From Paraspadella gotoi (lineage: Eukaryota > Animalia > Chaetognatha), in the NCBI GenBank assembly GCA_051294375.1, contig CM119268.1:10760713-10824712 (forward strand): 64,000 bases of DNA, read 5' to 3'. The number at the start of each line of letters is the position of its first letter. Position 1 is the stretch's first letter. The notes under the pieces were generated by a model. It did not search any database and was not told the origin of the DNA. It saw only the letters and a program-made list of their open reading frames with translations. Below are positions 13,709 to 26,532 of the stretch, one piece after another. The position numbers and the translations under genes are program-made.

Positions 13709-14565
13709 AGAGAGACGAGAGAGAGAAAAGAAAGAAAAATATTGAAAAAAAGTGGTAAAGACCAAAAAAAAATTATTTTTCATCATTCTTTGTTTCTAAT
13801 CCAATGAGAGAAGAGGAAAATATAGAAAATAATAAAGAGCAGAGAGAGAGAGAGGGAGACGAGAGAGATGAGGAGTGAGAAAAAAAAAAAGAGAAGCAAA
13901 ACATTTTTTCAAGCTTCTTTCTTTTTAATCCGAGAAAGAGAGACGAGAGAGAGAGAGAGGAGAGAGATAGAGAGAGAGGAGAGAGGAGAGAGAGAGAGAG
14001 GACGAGAGAGAGAGAAACGGGAAAGATCCAGCGAGCAAAAAGGGAAGGAAAAAAAGGAAAAACCGATTTCCTTTTTTCTTTCTCTTTTTTTTCTTTCTTT
14101 TTCTTTCGAGTCTCTCTCGCCTTCATTCAGATTCCGCTTCTTGGTTGGAAATAGCCTTCCTTTGCCACCTCCACCGAGAGAGAGAGAATTGCAAATAAGA
14201 CGGAGGGGGGGGGAGGAAAGCGAGCGAGAGAGAGGGAGAGAGAGATAGGGAGAGAAAGGGAGGGAGAGGGAAGGACAGAAAGAATTTGAAAGGATAGAAA
14301 GATTAAAGGAACCGGGGCACGTAAATACCGTTAGCGAGTATTGTACCTAAAGGATAAGTGAAAGGGTAAATAGACACATGTACATTTAGATTGATTAGAC
14401 AGATAGAAAGAGAGATTGAAAGACGGAAAAAAAAAGAAAGAAACAAACAAAACCAGAAAGAAACCAAAACAAAGAAAGAAAAATCGAAAAAAAAACAAAT
14501 TCGTGTAAATCTAAACTCCCTTGATTTCGCCAGATGCTTTTTCCCCAACGTAACTCGAAAACCAG

Positions 14566-14566
<1 letters not shown>

Positions 14567-14638
<72 letters not shown>
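14567..14638. repeat. (GA)n microsatellite; representative of many GA/CT tracts (e.g. 12320-12372, 15449-15523, 22168-22217, 35435-35514, 58824-58934)
   Basis: Read directly; many of the N-gaps begin or end in such tracts. Confidence 0.95.
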
Positions 14639-14641
<3 letters not shown>

Positions 14642-14659
14642 GAGGTTATCTTTCCTTAC

Positions 14660-14790
14660 CCCGTCGACTGCGAGTTCGAGGTTGGGCGGGATTAACGTGA
14701 GAGGTGAGGTTTTGTGAGAATCGGCGTGAAAGACTCGAAGACTCAATTCGACGGCGAAGCTGAAGAGGCGAAAAATCCGGTCAGGGTTGG
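14660..14790 (-). CDS. Possible isolated exon of an unidentified gene (PDRIFRLFSFAVELSLRVFHADSHKTSPLTLIPPNLELAVDG)
   Basis: GC-richer island in AT-rich DNA; open frame ending at a consensus donor GGG|GTAAGG; no recognisable domain, acceptor unclear. Confidence 0.25.
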
Positions 14791-15445
14791 ATATTTTATA
14801 AGAAGTTTGATAAATTCAAATTAAATATTTTTTAATAAATAAATATTTATAAGTTTTTAATTAATTAAATTTAAACAAAGAAAAAGGACAAAAAAGATAT
14901 AATATAAAACAAAAAAAATAAAATAATAATAAAATTATTTGCTTTTTATTATTTTAAAGCATTAAAAATAAATAATAAATTTAAATTATTTATTTTAAAA
15001 TATTTTTTAGATATAGATTCTAAGCAAATAAAAATTAAAATAATAAAAAAATATATATGTTATTATATTTATATTTAATCAAGTTTAAAAATTTTTAAAT
15101 ATAATTTATATTATAATTTTTATCTACAAAATTCATTATGCCCTCGACGTAATCAGCGCGTAGCGAACGAGGTTGAGTCTTTGGAATCGAGCGAAGAATA
15201 GAAGACTTGAATTGTGTGGGAAAAGAAACAAGACGAAACAAGAGGAAACAAAAGAGAAACGAGAGAAAAAAAAAGAAAAAAAATTAGAAAAAAAAAGAAG
15301 ATGAGAAATTGAAAAGAAAAGATGGAAAAGTCTGAGCGTCTCGAGTCTCCCGGATTAGGATAAGAAAGGCGAAGGAAAAGAGAAAAGAGAGAAAGCGTTT
15401 TCATTATTTTTTGAAAGAAAAACGGAAAAAAAAAGAGAGTTAATC

Positions 15446-15525
<80 letters not shown>

Positions 15526-16771
15526 GTACTAAATTAATTTCATTAAAAGTATATTTGTCAATGTTTTCTTTATGACTGCTTCCCGTCTATAAAAACATCA
15601 GTAGAAGCGGAGGAATTAAGAGTTTTGGGCCGTGAACGTTTGACGTTTGGGATTTAAGGGTGAGACTCACACTTGTTTTTTGAAACGTTTGATTTCGAAC
15701 AAAATACGAACCGAAGTCAAAATCTGAACTTTTTTTAATAGAAAAGGATTTATTGTCCAATATTTTTTATAATGAGTGAAAAATTCGCTTCAAATTTATA
15801 TTATGTTCGATGTCGAAAGCCTAAAATCTCCGGATGGATTTCAAAATTTCACAAAAGATTTCTTTTTTCCTCTTCCCAACTTGAGGTGATTCGTTCTAAT
15901 TGACAGCTTTATCTGTGAACACAAAACAGGAGCTCCGTTGTGAGTCCCAAGCCCGGGGTCATCCTTTCGACCGACGAAAAAAAAAACCCCGAAACGTTAT
16001 TGTTTCTCGTTAATCTGGTTAAACTTCGGAGTGGAGCTCCGCCCCCTGCGAATACTAATTAAATTGTCACATTGGCTTAGGGTACTGTATCCAAGTGTTT
16101 CGCAATGTATCAACCCGAAATTGGATTAAACCCGAAAGCTGAAACAACAAACGACCTTTCGATTTTTTAACTTTTTTACAAAAAAATTGAAGGCGATAAG
16201 TGACACCCTATACAGCTTGTAATATAAAATTGGTACAACTAATGTAAACATTATTCATTCGTTTGATAAATAACCTATCTTACCACTTTATTTAGTAAAT
16301 GACGACGAAAACTCAAATTCCCAGGCTCTGACCTTTTCCCTTCACCCAAATTTTGTCAGAGAAATCCAGTAAGATATTCCTTCAGATTGTACATAAGTTT
16401 GAGTATAAAGTTCTCTAGTTTTAACCACAGAGGTCTCCAAATTTATACTATGATACTTTTAAAAACAGCTCAAAAGTATGACACATTTTCGTAATCATTT
16501 TTTTTAATGGGTTCAGATTTTCAGGATAACAATTTTTTAAGGGTCTCTTAGAACAAGCCCCTTTTCTTGAAAAGTAAAAAACATTTACCATTTACCATCA
16601 TGAAAGGGTTTCCTTAATTTTCCTTTTTTTTGGTGGTTCCCAGTGTGGATCCTCGTGGACGACATTCATGGCAACATTGACGTTGATGGCGCTGGCAACG
16701 GATTTTCAGCTTTTGCTTTTGCATTGAAATGGCATTCCGTGCCCGGAGGTTCCATTTGCATTATGCAACTG

Positions 16772-16808
<37 letters not shown>

Positions 16809-18809
16809 NNNNNNNNNNNNNNNNNNNNNNNNNNNNNNNNNNNNNNNNNNNNNNNNNNNNNNNNNNNNNNNNNNNNNNNNNNNNNNNNNNNNNNNNNNNN
16901 NNNNNNNNNNNNNNNNNNNNNNNNNNNNNNNNNNNNNNNNNNNNNNNNNNNNNNNNNNNNNNNNNNNNNNNNNNNNNNNNNNNNNNNNNNNNNNNNNNNN
17001 NNNNNNNNNNNNNNNNNNNNNNNNNNNNNNNNNNNNNNNNNNNNNNNNNNNNNNNNNNNNNNNNNNNNNNNNNNNNNNNNNNNNNNNNNNNNNNNNNNNN
17101 NNNNNNNNNNNNNNNNNNNNNNNNNNNNNNNNNNNNNNNNNNNNNNNNNNNNNNNNNNNNNNNNNNNNNNNNNNNNNNNNNNNNNNNNNNNNNNNNNNNN
17201 NNNNNNNNNNNNNNNNNNNNNNNNNNNNNNNNNNNNNNNNNNNNNNNNNNNNNNNNNNNNNNNNNNNNNNNNNNNNNNNNNNNNNNNNNNNNNNNNNNNN
17301 NNNNNNNNNNNNNNNNNNNNNNNNNNNNNNNNNNNNNNNNNNNNNNNNNNNNNNNNNNNNNNNNNNNNNNNNNNNNNNNNNNNNNNNNNNNNNNNNNNNN
17401 NNNNNNNNNNNNNNNNNNNNNNNNNNNNNNNNNNNNNNNNNNNNNNNNNNNNNNNNNNNNNNNNNNNNNNNNNNNNNNNNNNNNNNNNNNNNNNNNNNNN
17501 NNNNNNNNNNNNNNNNNNNNNNNNNNNNNNNNNNNNNCTTTCTCTCCTTGCCCTCTCTTTGTCCATCATACTGAAAGGCCCGGCCCAAAGCGAAAGCCTC
17601 CTCCTCCTCCTCCTCCTCCTCCNNNNNNNNNNNNNNNNNNNNNNNNNNNNNNNNNNNNNNNNNNNNNNNNNNNNNNNNNNNNNNNNNNNNNNNNNNNNNN
17701 NNNNNNNNNNNNNNNNNNNNNNNNNNNNNNNNNNNNNNNNNNNNNNNNNNNNNNNNNNNNNNNNNNNNNNNNNNNNNNNNNNNNNNNNNNNNNNNNNNNN
17801 NNNNNNNNNNNNNNNNNNNNNNNNNNNNNNNNNNNNNNNNNNNNNNNNNNNNNNNNNNCCTTTCATTTGACCCATTTTGTTGGAACGATAACTAGGACAA
17901 CCAAGTTTTTAGTTGCATTTTTTGTTTGCGAATATTTTGTTCGTCCTCGATATTCGGACCAATTTACTAGTTCCCCAAGTGGGGCCCAACTGACGATGTC
18001 GATGATGCTGTTGCAATAAGGCTCTAGATGCATATTATGCACATTGCACAAGGTTTCACCCATCTTTGAAATTCCTCCAGAGCAACGTCCTCAAAAATGT
18101 TTCCCGTCTCTCNNNNNNNNNNNNNNNNNNNNNNNNNNNNNNNNNNNNNNNNNNNNNNNNNNNNNNNNNNNNNNNNNNNNNNNNNNNNNNNNNNNNNNNN
18201 NNNNNNNNNNNNNNNNNNNNNNNNNNNNNGAGAGAGAGAGAGAGAGAGAAAAGAAAATGACTGAGAGAATTATCCATTGACTCCAGTCCTTGAGGCTTCT
18301 ACCGAAACCTTACTCTCTTTGTGTTTTAATCCGATTCCAAATCTCCTCTCGTACGTACGGATCTGTCGTTCCGTCCGTATGTCGTGCAGCTGATATTCGT
18401 CCTACTCGTCTCCTTCTCACCGTCGTCCTCATTCTTGATCCGTCGTCGTCGTCGTCGTCATCCTCGTCGTTCGTCGTTTTTTCCCGCTTTCCTCTCTTGC
18501 ACCAAATCGGTTGCTCCTGGATATCTTGAGGAAATAGGAAGAAAGAGGCGAAAGGAAAATAGGAGGGTGTGTTGGGGGTGGTGGAGTGTGGTTGGGAGCC
18601 GTGCGTGGAGGTGAGGGGGGAGGAAGGGAAAGGGTGCGCGGATGGGAGGTCAGGATTGTGGCGTAAAACGCCCGGGAAATGGCTAAGGAGGGCCGGTATA
18701 GGGCCCATTCGACTCAACTCCACTTATCATTTTTCTTTTTCCCCCGGGCGGTAGAAGAAACGACAGATTCAGACTCTTCCTCTCTCTACATCTCTCTCTC
18801 TTCTCCCTC

Positions 18810-18864
<55 letters not shown>

Positions 18865-20327
18865 TTCTTCTCTAACCCGACTTAATGCCGCGCGCGCTAT
18901 ATTCACGGGAAAGAATGCCAGCGGAATTGAAGCCCTCTTAATTTTCCCACAGGATTCACCTCTGTCCAGGTTTGTTGCTGCAACTTGACAGATCCACTGC
19001 GCCAGAACTGATCGGTCCTTGTCCGGTGGCGTTCCAGGATCAAAGCGACTTTTTTCGGAAGGATCCACTCAACAAATATTGAAACCACGGAATCCACTGT
19101 ACTAGGATTGGCGCGACCTCCTTCGACTGATTCACTGTGCCATTTCAAACGTGATTGCTTTTCGCTTCGGCTTTAAACTCTTTATTGCGGTGAACCTTCG
19201 ATGTACTGCAATCTAATCGGTGAAACAATGGCATCGCCAGAAAAATCAGGCATCAGGCCATCAGGCAATCATGGAAATTGGGCTTTCACGGTTTTAGTCG
19301 CTTTTAGCGTTTTTCGGTTACTGTGATACTTGTTATCAGTTCGAGCCCGATTTGATATACGTAGCAACCTGTGGTAAAAAAAAGTCATGAAGTCATACGA
19401 AGAAAATATATTTTTCAGCTCAATCGACTCACCCCGTCAACCCTAACTCCCGGCCGACGAGCAATGTTCCCGAACCATTTCATCTTTTCTAACTCATCGC
19501 TCTTTCGATGTTCGGGTGAGGTCCTTCCTCGTCCTTACCCTTTCGATGCCGAACCCTACCTTTCATCCCACTGACTTCACAATCCATTCTCTCTGCGTCT
19601 CTCCCATTGCCGCGATCACCCTTCCCTCTATTTATTGTCCAGGAGGCAAAAAAAAAAAAAAGAAAAAAGATGCAATGCAATTCCGGCTTATTCAATTTCT
19701 ATCGTCGGTCCTAAGGCTGCGGAGATGGACGGCTTCTGCTCTCGCCGTTATTATTGTCGTCGTTGTTGTTGTTGGTGTCGTTATTGTTATTACGACGTTA
19801 CGATCTCTAGAGACGGAATCGAATCGCTCGGCGTCGAGACGAACCCACGCTTCCCTTTTGTTTCTAGAAATAAAACATTTCTTTGCCTCAGTCGCCTTCA
19901 ACTGGCGGGCGATAATAAAAACAAAAACAAAAACAAAAAATTCAGACGAGCTTAGACGTGGAAGAAAATTAAGAATCGGAGGAGAACTCAAGTACACGAG
20001 ACCCACACAGATATTAGGGCGCATTCACCCAAATGTTAAAATCATGAACAAAGAATAGAGAATTTGTAACCATAACCAAGTAATTTATGATCAGGAACCA
20101 AGAGAAAAAGGGTAAATCCACGCTAAATATATCTGACTTTCAAGAGAAAAATCACTCGGGGGGAAGAATTGTTGCCAGACTGAATTTTTTCTATAGAATT
20201 TTTTAACATAGAGTATCCACTTTCCAGGTATAGATTTTTTTTTTAAAAGGCGCAAATGACAAATTGTTGGTTTTATATTACAGCAGATGAGACATGGGCA
20301 TTTTTAGATTGTTCATATATCTCTTAC

Positions 20328-20460
20328 CTCCCGGCCGAAACTTTTAACGGCCGAAAAGCTCTTCCGGCCGAATCTATCCCGGCCGAATTCCCTGGGACCG
20401 AATCCCCGGGGCCGAATATCCGGCCGGCTCCCCGGGGCTGAAGGCCGAAGGACACGGAAT
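20328..20460. repeat. GC-rich cluster of (C)GGCCGAA motifs, possibly the subterminal end of a non-autonomous DNA transposon
   Basis: About eight (G)GCCGAA-type units at roughly 14-16 bp spacing in AT-rich surroundings; no matching opposite end found. Confidence 0.5.
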
Positions 20461-20638
20461 CAAGTGGAACATCATCGTATACATCATTTTTTTTTCTTCG
20501 GCGTCGCCATTTTTGAGATCCAGGGTCTCGGATCCCGGATCCCAGGTGTTGAAATTATAGGATATTGGATCAGGAGATCTTGGGACATGGGTCTGGAGAC
20601 GTAGGGAACAAGTGATCTATAAGTTTAAATATACAACT

Positions 20639-20810
20639 TTAGAGATTGGCAAAGTTTTTATTTTTACAACGATTTTATTTATTTAGCAATAGAGACGGAC
20701 ATGTTTCGGCTTGTTGTTCAAGCCTTCTTCGGCGTTTACAGTTTAAAAAAATGTTTGAAATTTTTGTGCAAATGATATTTGTGTAAAAATAAAACTTTGT
20801 CAATCTCTAA
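20639..20810 (-). mobile_element. Penelope-like element pLTR remnant / inverted-repeat-bounded element
   Basis: TTAGAGATTGGCAAAGTTTTTATTTTTACA (20639-20668) is the near-perfect reverse complement of TGTAAAAATAAAACTTTGTCAATCTCTAA (20782-20810); the hammerhead and downstream minus-strand AATAAA motifs lie inside. Confidence 0.5.
20693..20737 (-). ncRNA. Minimal type-I hammerhead ribozyme motif (core variant CCGAAGA)
   Basis: Minus strand reads AAACG-CCGAAGA-A-GGCTTG[AACAA]CAAGCC-GAA-ACATGT-C-CGTCT: 6-bp stem II, GAAA, palindromic stem III ACATGT, GUC cleavage triplet, short stem I ACG/CGT. One core deviation (CUGA to CCGA). Confidence 0.65.
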
Positions 20811-22006
20811 TACATTTCAAACAACTTAAAGAAAGGAATATTACAACATACAGCTTTATAATTATTGTTTTGGACTTATTTCGTCGTTGCGTTTGTGATA
20901 AGAATCAAATATTAAAAATATTTTGTATGCGGACAACGAAATTTTTCATTAGATTCTAAACTTTATAATTCGAAATACCATTTTGGAACTCTAGTTGATT
21001 GTTGAATACGAGAACTAATTTCTCTCTTATGCAATATGCAATGATTAAAATCGATGTTGATGATATAATCTAAGAACTAAGAACTCTTCCTTCGAATGTT
21101 TCATATAAGAAATTAAAAAAAAAAGATTAATGTTTTCGATTCTCCGATTTCGAAACTCGGAACTTTCCCCATCTTGATTCTCGTTCGGCCTGAAAAACAA
21201 CGTTTTATGTTTTCAAACAAAACATCCAGAGATTGACTCGTCTGCTGATATTTCTCGAAAAGGGGGAGGTACTTTCAAGTTATAAAAACAGGGAAGTTAT
21301 AAAACTATATTCCTTTCGTTCTGAAGTAGACGTAATTTATTGCTTAGTCTCTCAAGGTAATACCATTTGTTCAGAAAGCGCTTAGCACGTATAGTATCTC
21401 TTTCCGCTGAGAAAGCGAAAATTGCACGGGGATCGTTTTTGTTTCAATTTTAAATGGAACCGTGAGAATCTGATGGATTCTGCTTAAATTTAAAAAAAAA
21501 ACAACAGATTTATTATAAAGATGCGAGGAAACCCAAGAGAGAAGAAAGAAGGAGTGAGAAAGAAAGATGAGACAGACGATGGAAAGTGAGATAGAGTGAG
21601 AGATAGAGTGAGAATGATAGAGAAAAAGAGAGAGAGTTGAAAAAAGATGGAGGGAGAAAGGGAGAGAAAGAGATAGAGAAAGACAGAGAGCCGACGGATT
21701 AGACGGAGGTACGAGAGAAAACGAGTTAAAGAAAGGAAAACGAAGAAGCTCTGTCTCTGTCGTTTCAAAGATCCGAGACTTGACTCTGAAATCTCCAGAG
21801 ACAACATCATCAACGGTTTAGGAGATTCGCTGGACACGTGACAGAAAACATATCCCTTGGGACAAACTCAAAACTGTATATTATATTATATTAGGTATAT
21901 TATATTTTAAGCAAATATATAAATTTAAAATTTTCTATTCGGTACAGATCTGAAGCTAAAAAAACTGTTTTAAACGAAATAAATGCGGGAAGGTACTCTC
22001 TTTCAG

Positions 22007-22082
<76 letters not shown>

Positions 22083-22164
22083 ACGCACTCTCTCCATGTC
22101 TCGCTCAAACTCAACTCAGACCAGAGGTGAGTTTCTGCTTCATCGAACCCTACAACTCCCCCGC

Positions 22165-22220
<56 letters not shown>

Positions 22221-22349
22221 GTCAATTATAAGCTCAGAATTTTTTTACTTTGCACGTGCCATTAACTTGCGCTATATCTCGACCGGAATCGAGCTCCTCT
22301 CAACTCAGTCATGCTCTTTATTATGAAGAGGAGAAGAAAAAAGGTTTAG

Positions 22350-22805
22350 ATTCCATTTAAGGTCTGATGTCAGTCGGATATTTGTCGAGAAAAAAAGAAT
22401 TCCATTTAAGTAAAGCCTGATGTCATACGGATATTTGTCGAGAAAATTCTATTTTAGTTTTGAAGTCAGTTGGAAATTTCTTTCCAAAAAACTTTTCTGT
22501 GTTCGATGTCAGTTGGATATTTATAAAGAAAAATGTTTTTAGTTCCATTTCAGGTCTGAAGTAGGTCAGATATTTGTTTCAAAAAATATTCCAGTTCCAT
22601 TTATTGTCAATTGTTAGACAGATATCTGTTTAAAAAAATATTTTGGTTCCGTTTTAGGCCCGAGGTCAGTCGGTTAGTTTTCTCGAAATAGGTCCAAAGT
22701 CAGTCAGATTTATATATATATATAAAAATATTTTGGTTCCATTTTAGGCCCGAAGTCTGTCAGTCAGTTTTCTCAAAATAGGTCCAAAGTCAGTCGGATA
22801 TTTTC
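22350..22805. repeat. Degenerate minisatellite, core TTCCATTTAAGGTCTGATGTCAGTCGGATATTT, about 10 units
   Basis: Recurring GTCAGTCGGATATTT / GTCAGTTGGA / TTCCATTT cores at 30-55 bp spacing; a higher-order ~90 bp duplication at about 22635-22710 and 22724-22800. Confidence 0.8.
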
Positions 22806-24967
22806 TCGGAAATCTTCTTATACTCGAGAGGATATAAAGAATTACGATGTCGCTATCAAAAGTTAACAATACGACTTTGTCGTTCCGAAACTGGGAAAGA
22901 CTTTATTGCCATCGTTTAAGAGGTTTTATATCTTTGCTCCTTTTATTTCTTTTTCGTATTTGAAGTGTGTTAGACACTTGGCAGCTCGTATTTTCGATCG
23001 TTTCGGCCGTAAATTCCTGACTTGAAAATTCTGTGGTTCAAGAACTGAGATCATCGTTTCCATTGCCTATTTAAAAAAAAAAAGGGCAAGCAATTCATTT
23101 GCATTTGCATTTGTATCTCTTCTCTAGTTTTTCGTCTTTTTGCGTCTCCTTTATTAAACGATAATTTTATAAACTGTACTTATCTCTAACAGTACAAACC
23201 GTTGATCGGCCTCTCAGATGCTTTGCCCACGAATCTCCATTCCGGTCGCCGATCGAAGCTCCGAGTTCCAAACTACTTTGAGATTTTCTCTTCTCAAAAT
23301 TCGAGAAAAAAAANNNNNNNNNNNNNNNNNNNNNNNNNNNNNNNNNNNNNNNNNNNNNNNNNNNNNNNNNNNNNNNNNNNNNNNNNNNNNNNNNNNNNNN
23401 NNNNNNNNNNNNNNNNNNNNNNNNNNNNNNNNNNNNNNNNNNNNNNNNNNNNNNNNNNNNNNNNNNNNNNNNNNNNNNNNNNNNNNNNNNNNNNNNNNNN
23501 NNNNNNNNNNGCGATATTAAAAAAGAAGAGAAAAATAAGAAAGGAAAAGTAATATTGAGAAAGAATAGTCAAGTAGGAGAGGAGAGAAAAAAAAGGAAGA
23601 AAAAGAAAAGGAAAAGGGAGATTCAAAAAAGAGAAAACAAAAGCTGAGCAGATTTTTCGCTCCATCTTTTGATTCTTTCCTTCGCTTTCCTCCTTTGCAC
23701 AGCACGTTTCATTTCTATTTAATGACTGGTTACCAAATGTACTAAAACATAAACCGTGAGTCGTCTTCTCTGAGCATGGAATTGCAACTCGAAATTCTAG
23801 TTATAACGTTATCCGAGTTCCTCCCGTCTTCGTTAATATAATTAAACGATTTTGCGCTTATTTTCTTCATAACTTATGCCGCGGCTCGTTAATCATGCAG
23901 TGGTGTTGACTTTGTTACTAATACTACCGCCCTTACAAGATTAATTTCATTTTTTCAGCCGAGCTTTTTTTTTTAAATTGAGTAAAAAAAAACATCAACA
24001 AAGCCGGGATTTAATTAGGATAATAAAGGTTTCGAAACATTGTGTTTCCGACGCGATTCAAACTCGGAGGCCCCGATATATTCAGTCCCTCGACTCGGCG
24101 TAGGCGCGTTGCATCTCGATGTAATACGTTTTAATATAAAGATTTTAATTCCCCGAGTTCATAAACCGCTCTCTCTCTNNNNNNNNNNNNNNNNNNNNNN
24201 NNNNNNNNNNNNNNNNNNNNNNNNNNNNNNNNNNNNNNNNNNNNNNNNNNNNNNNNNNNNNNNNNNNNNNNNNNNNNNNNNNNNNNNNNNNNNNNNNNNN
24301 NNNNNNNNNNNNNNNNNNNNNNNNNNNNNNNNNNNNNNNNNNNNNNNNNNNNNNNNNNNNNNNNNNNNNNNNNNNNNNNNNNNNNNNNNNNNNNNNNNNN
24401 NNNNNNNNGCTCCCGGCCGCAAATTCAAAGCCCTAAAGAAAAAAAATGTGGGATGGAAAAGGGCTGGAGCAAAATAAGGTTAGGGGAGCGATAAAATTGG
24501 GTTAGTGTTAAGGAGTGGGTTGGAGCGGTTAGGCCGGTAGGATGGTATAGAAACAAGAGATAGCTGGAGTAACGGAGTAAAGGATAACCAAGTAGGGTGA
24601 GGGACTTGACTGGAGCAAACAAGCAATGTTGATTGCAGTGTATTAGTCCAATAAAATGGGACACATAATTGTCAAATAGAAGCCATGAAAAACAATGCAG
24701 CCCTTTGCAGTAAAGAAAGATAACCAACTGGAGCTGAGCTGGAGCAAAATAAAAAGGGAATAAGCGGGGAGAGCGAAAGCGAAAGAAAAAGTCGATCGAG
24801 AGCCGAAGGCGGGAAGAGGAAAAAAGAGGAAAACGTTATCCCCAAACTGCTTTGCATTTTATTCGAGTTAAAACGATCTCTAGGATTTAGACTAAAGAGG
24901 GGAAAAGATTACATCCGTTTGTCGGAGGGATATATCCGGGGAGGCGAGAACGATAGGGGGGCTCAAT

Positions 24968-25015
<48 letters not shown>

Positions 25016-25284
25016 CTCTCTCACTCTCTCTCTCTCTCTCTTCTCCTCTCTTCTCCTCTGACTTTCTTCCCAAAAACTTTATCACCATTCCCTAATTCAA
25101 CCCCTTTTTATATATTGCTTTTCCGTTTCTCTCTCTCTCTTCTCCTTCTACCCTCTTCTCTTTTTCTCTTGTTTAATGTTTGGGATTTAAGTTTCTTTTC
25201 AAATGTAAATGAGTGTAAGAACAAATAAAGCGAAACCTGCGTTCAAAAGTGTGAGTCTCTCGTTAAAAATCCCTTAACATTGCT

Positions 25285-25335
25285 AAATCCATCTGAGAAT
25301 CCATCTTCAAATTCCATCTGCAAATCCATCTGCAA
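25285..25335. repeat. (AAATCCATCTGC)-like 12-mer x4
   Basis: Read directly. Confidence 0.75.
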
Positions 25336-26329
25336 ACCGATCCCTCCCGCCGTCCTGATCCCCCCCCNNNNNNNNNNNNNNNNNNNNNNNNNNNNNNNNN
25401 NNNNNNNNNNNNNNNNNNNNNNNNNNNNNNNNNNNNNNNNNNNNNNNNNNNNNNNNNNNNNNNNNNNNNNNNNNNNNNNNNNNNNNNNNNNNNNNNNNNN
25501 NNNNNNNNNNNNNNNNNNNNNNNNNNNNNNNNNNNNNNNNNNNNNNNNNNNNNNNNNNNNNNNNNNNNNNNNNNNNNNNNNNNNNNNNNNNNNNNNNNNA
25601 CTGATGATACTCTGGCGCACCTCCGCAAAAATCCACGCAAGGTCCCTCCAGGAAAGAGAGAAAAAGAACCTGCTGAAAATTCTGANNNNNNNNNNNNNNN
25701 NNNNNNNNNNNNNNNNNNNNNNNNNNNNNNNNNNNNNNNNNNNNNNNNNNNNNNNNNNNNNNNNNNNNNNNNNNNNNNNNNNNNNNNNNNNNNNNNNNNN
25801 NNNNNNNNNNNNNNNNNNNNNNNNNNNNNNNNNNNNNNNNNNNNNNNNNNNNNNNNNNNNNNNNNNTTCGACTCGTCGATGTGGTTACGTCTTTGGGTCG
25901 CGGGCTTCGTTCTCATAGCAACGCCGAGATGGGCGGAGAACGAGAGTGGGTAGAGGGTAGGGGATAAGGAAGGTGGTTTAATGGAGGGGTGGTGAAAAGT
26001 TGCGAAATAAAAACCAAAGGGGGAGGTTAAGAAGAATGGGATTTTGGCAGAGAAATAAAAAAAAATCTCGACAAATTTCGGGGGCGATGAACAGAGGGTA
26101 ATGAACTGGGGCGAAGTGGAGTTGAGATGGTGACAAGTTGATTGGTGAAAAAGGAAGGAAGATTTGGGTTGTGGAGAAAAATTGATGTTTGCTGCTTGGT
26201 GATTTAGTCGGATTAGAATGGGAAAAAAAAGTAGGTGATTGGTGGATTAGGGACTAAAGAAGATAGGATGAATTGGCGGATTAGTGAAGAAAAAAGATGA
26301 TATGGAAATTGTATATACGGCTAGAAAGT

Positions 26330-26532
26330 GTGGGTGATTGGTTGTTTGGTGAATCGAGAATGCGGATGAAGTGAAAAGGCGACGATATATTGGTTGATTG
26401 GTTGATTGGTTGATTGGTGAATCGAGAATCGAGAATGTAGAAAAAGTGAAAAGGCGACGATATATTGGTTGATTGGTTGATTGGTTGATTGGTGAATCGA
26501 GAATGTAGATGAAGTGAAAAGGCGACGATATA
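26330..26532. repeat. ~70-75 bp tandem repeat x3 containing (GATTGGTT)n
   Basis: GTGAAAAGGCGACGATATA recurs at about 26371, 26446 and 26514, separated by TTGGTTGA octamers and GGTGAATCGAGAAT. Confidence 0.9.

Noticed and set aside
14760-14783. CTGAAGAGGCGAAA as a second hammerhead
   Set aside because: No stem II between the core segments and no stem I/III pairing.
16643-18019. Long ORFs containing X runs (this one and similar ones at 9.2, 25.3, 28.4, 31.6, 33.8, 43.3, 51.4 and 62.5 kb)
   Set aside because: They are open only because they cross N-gaps.
22350-22805. CRISPR-like appearance of repeats with spacers (also 26330-26532 and 32515-32698)
   Set aside because: Repeats are degenerate, spacers are related to each other or absent, no cas genes, eukaryotic context.
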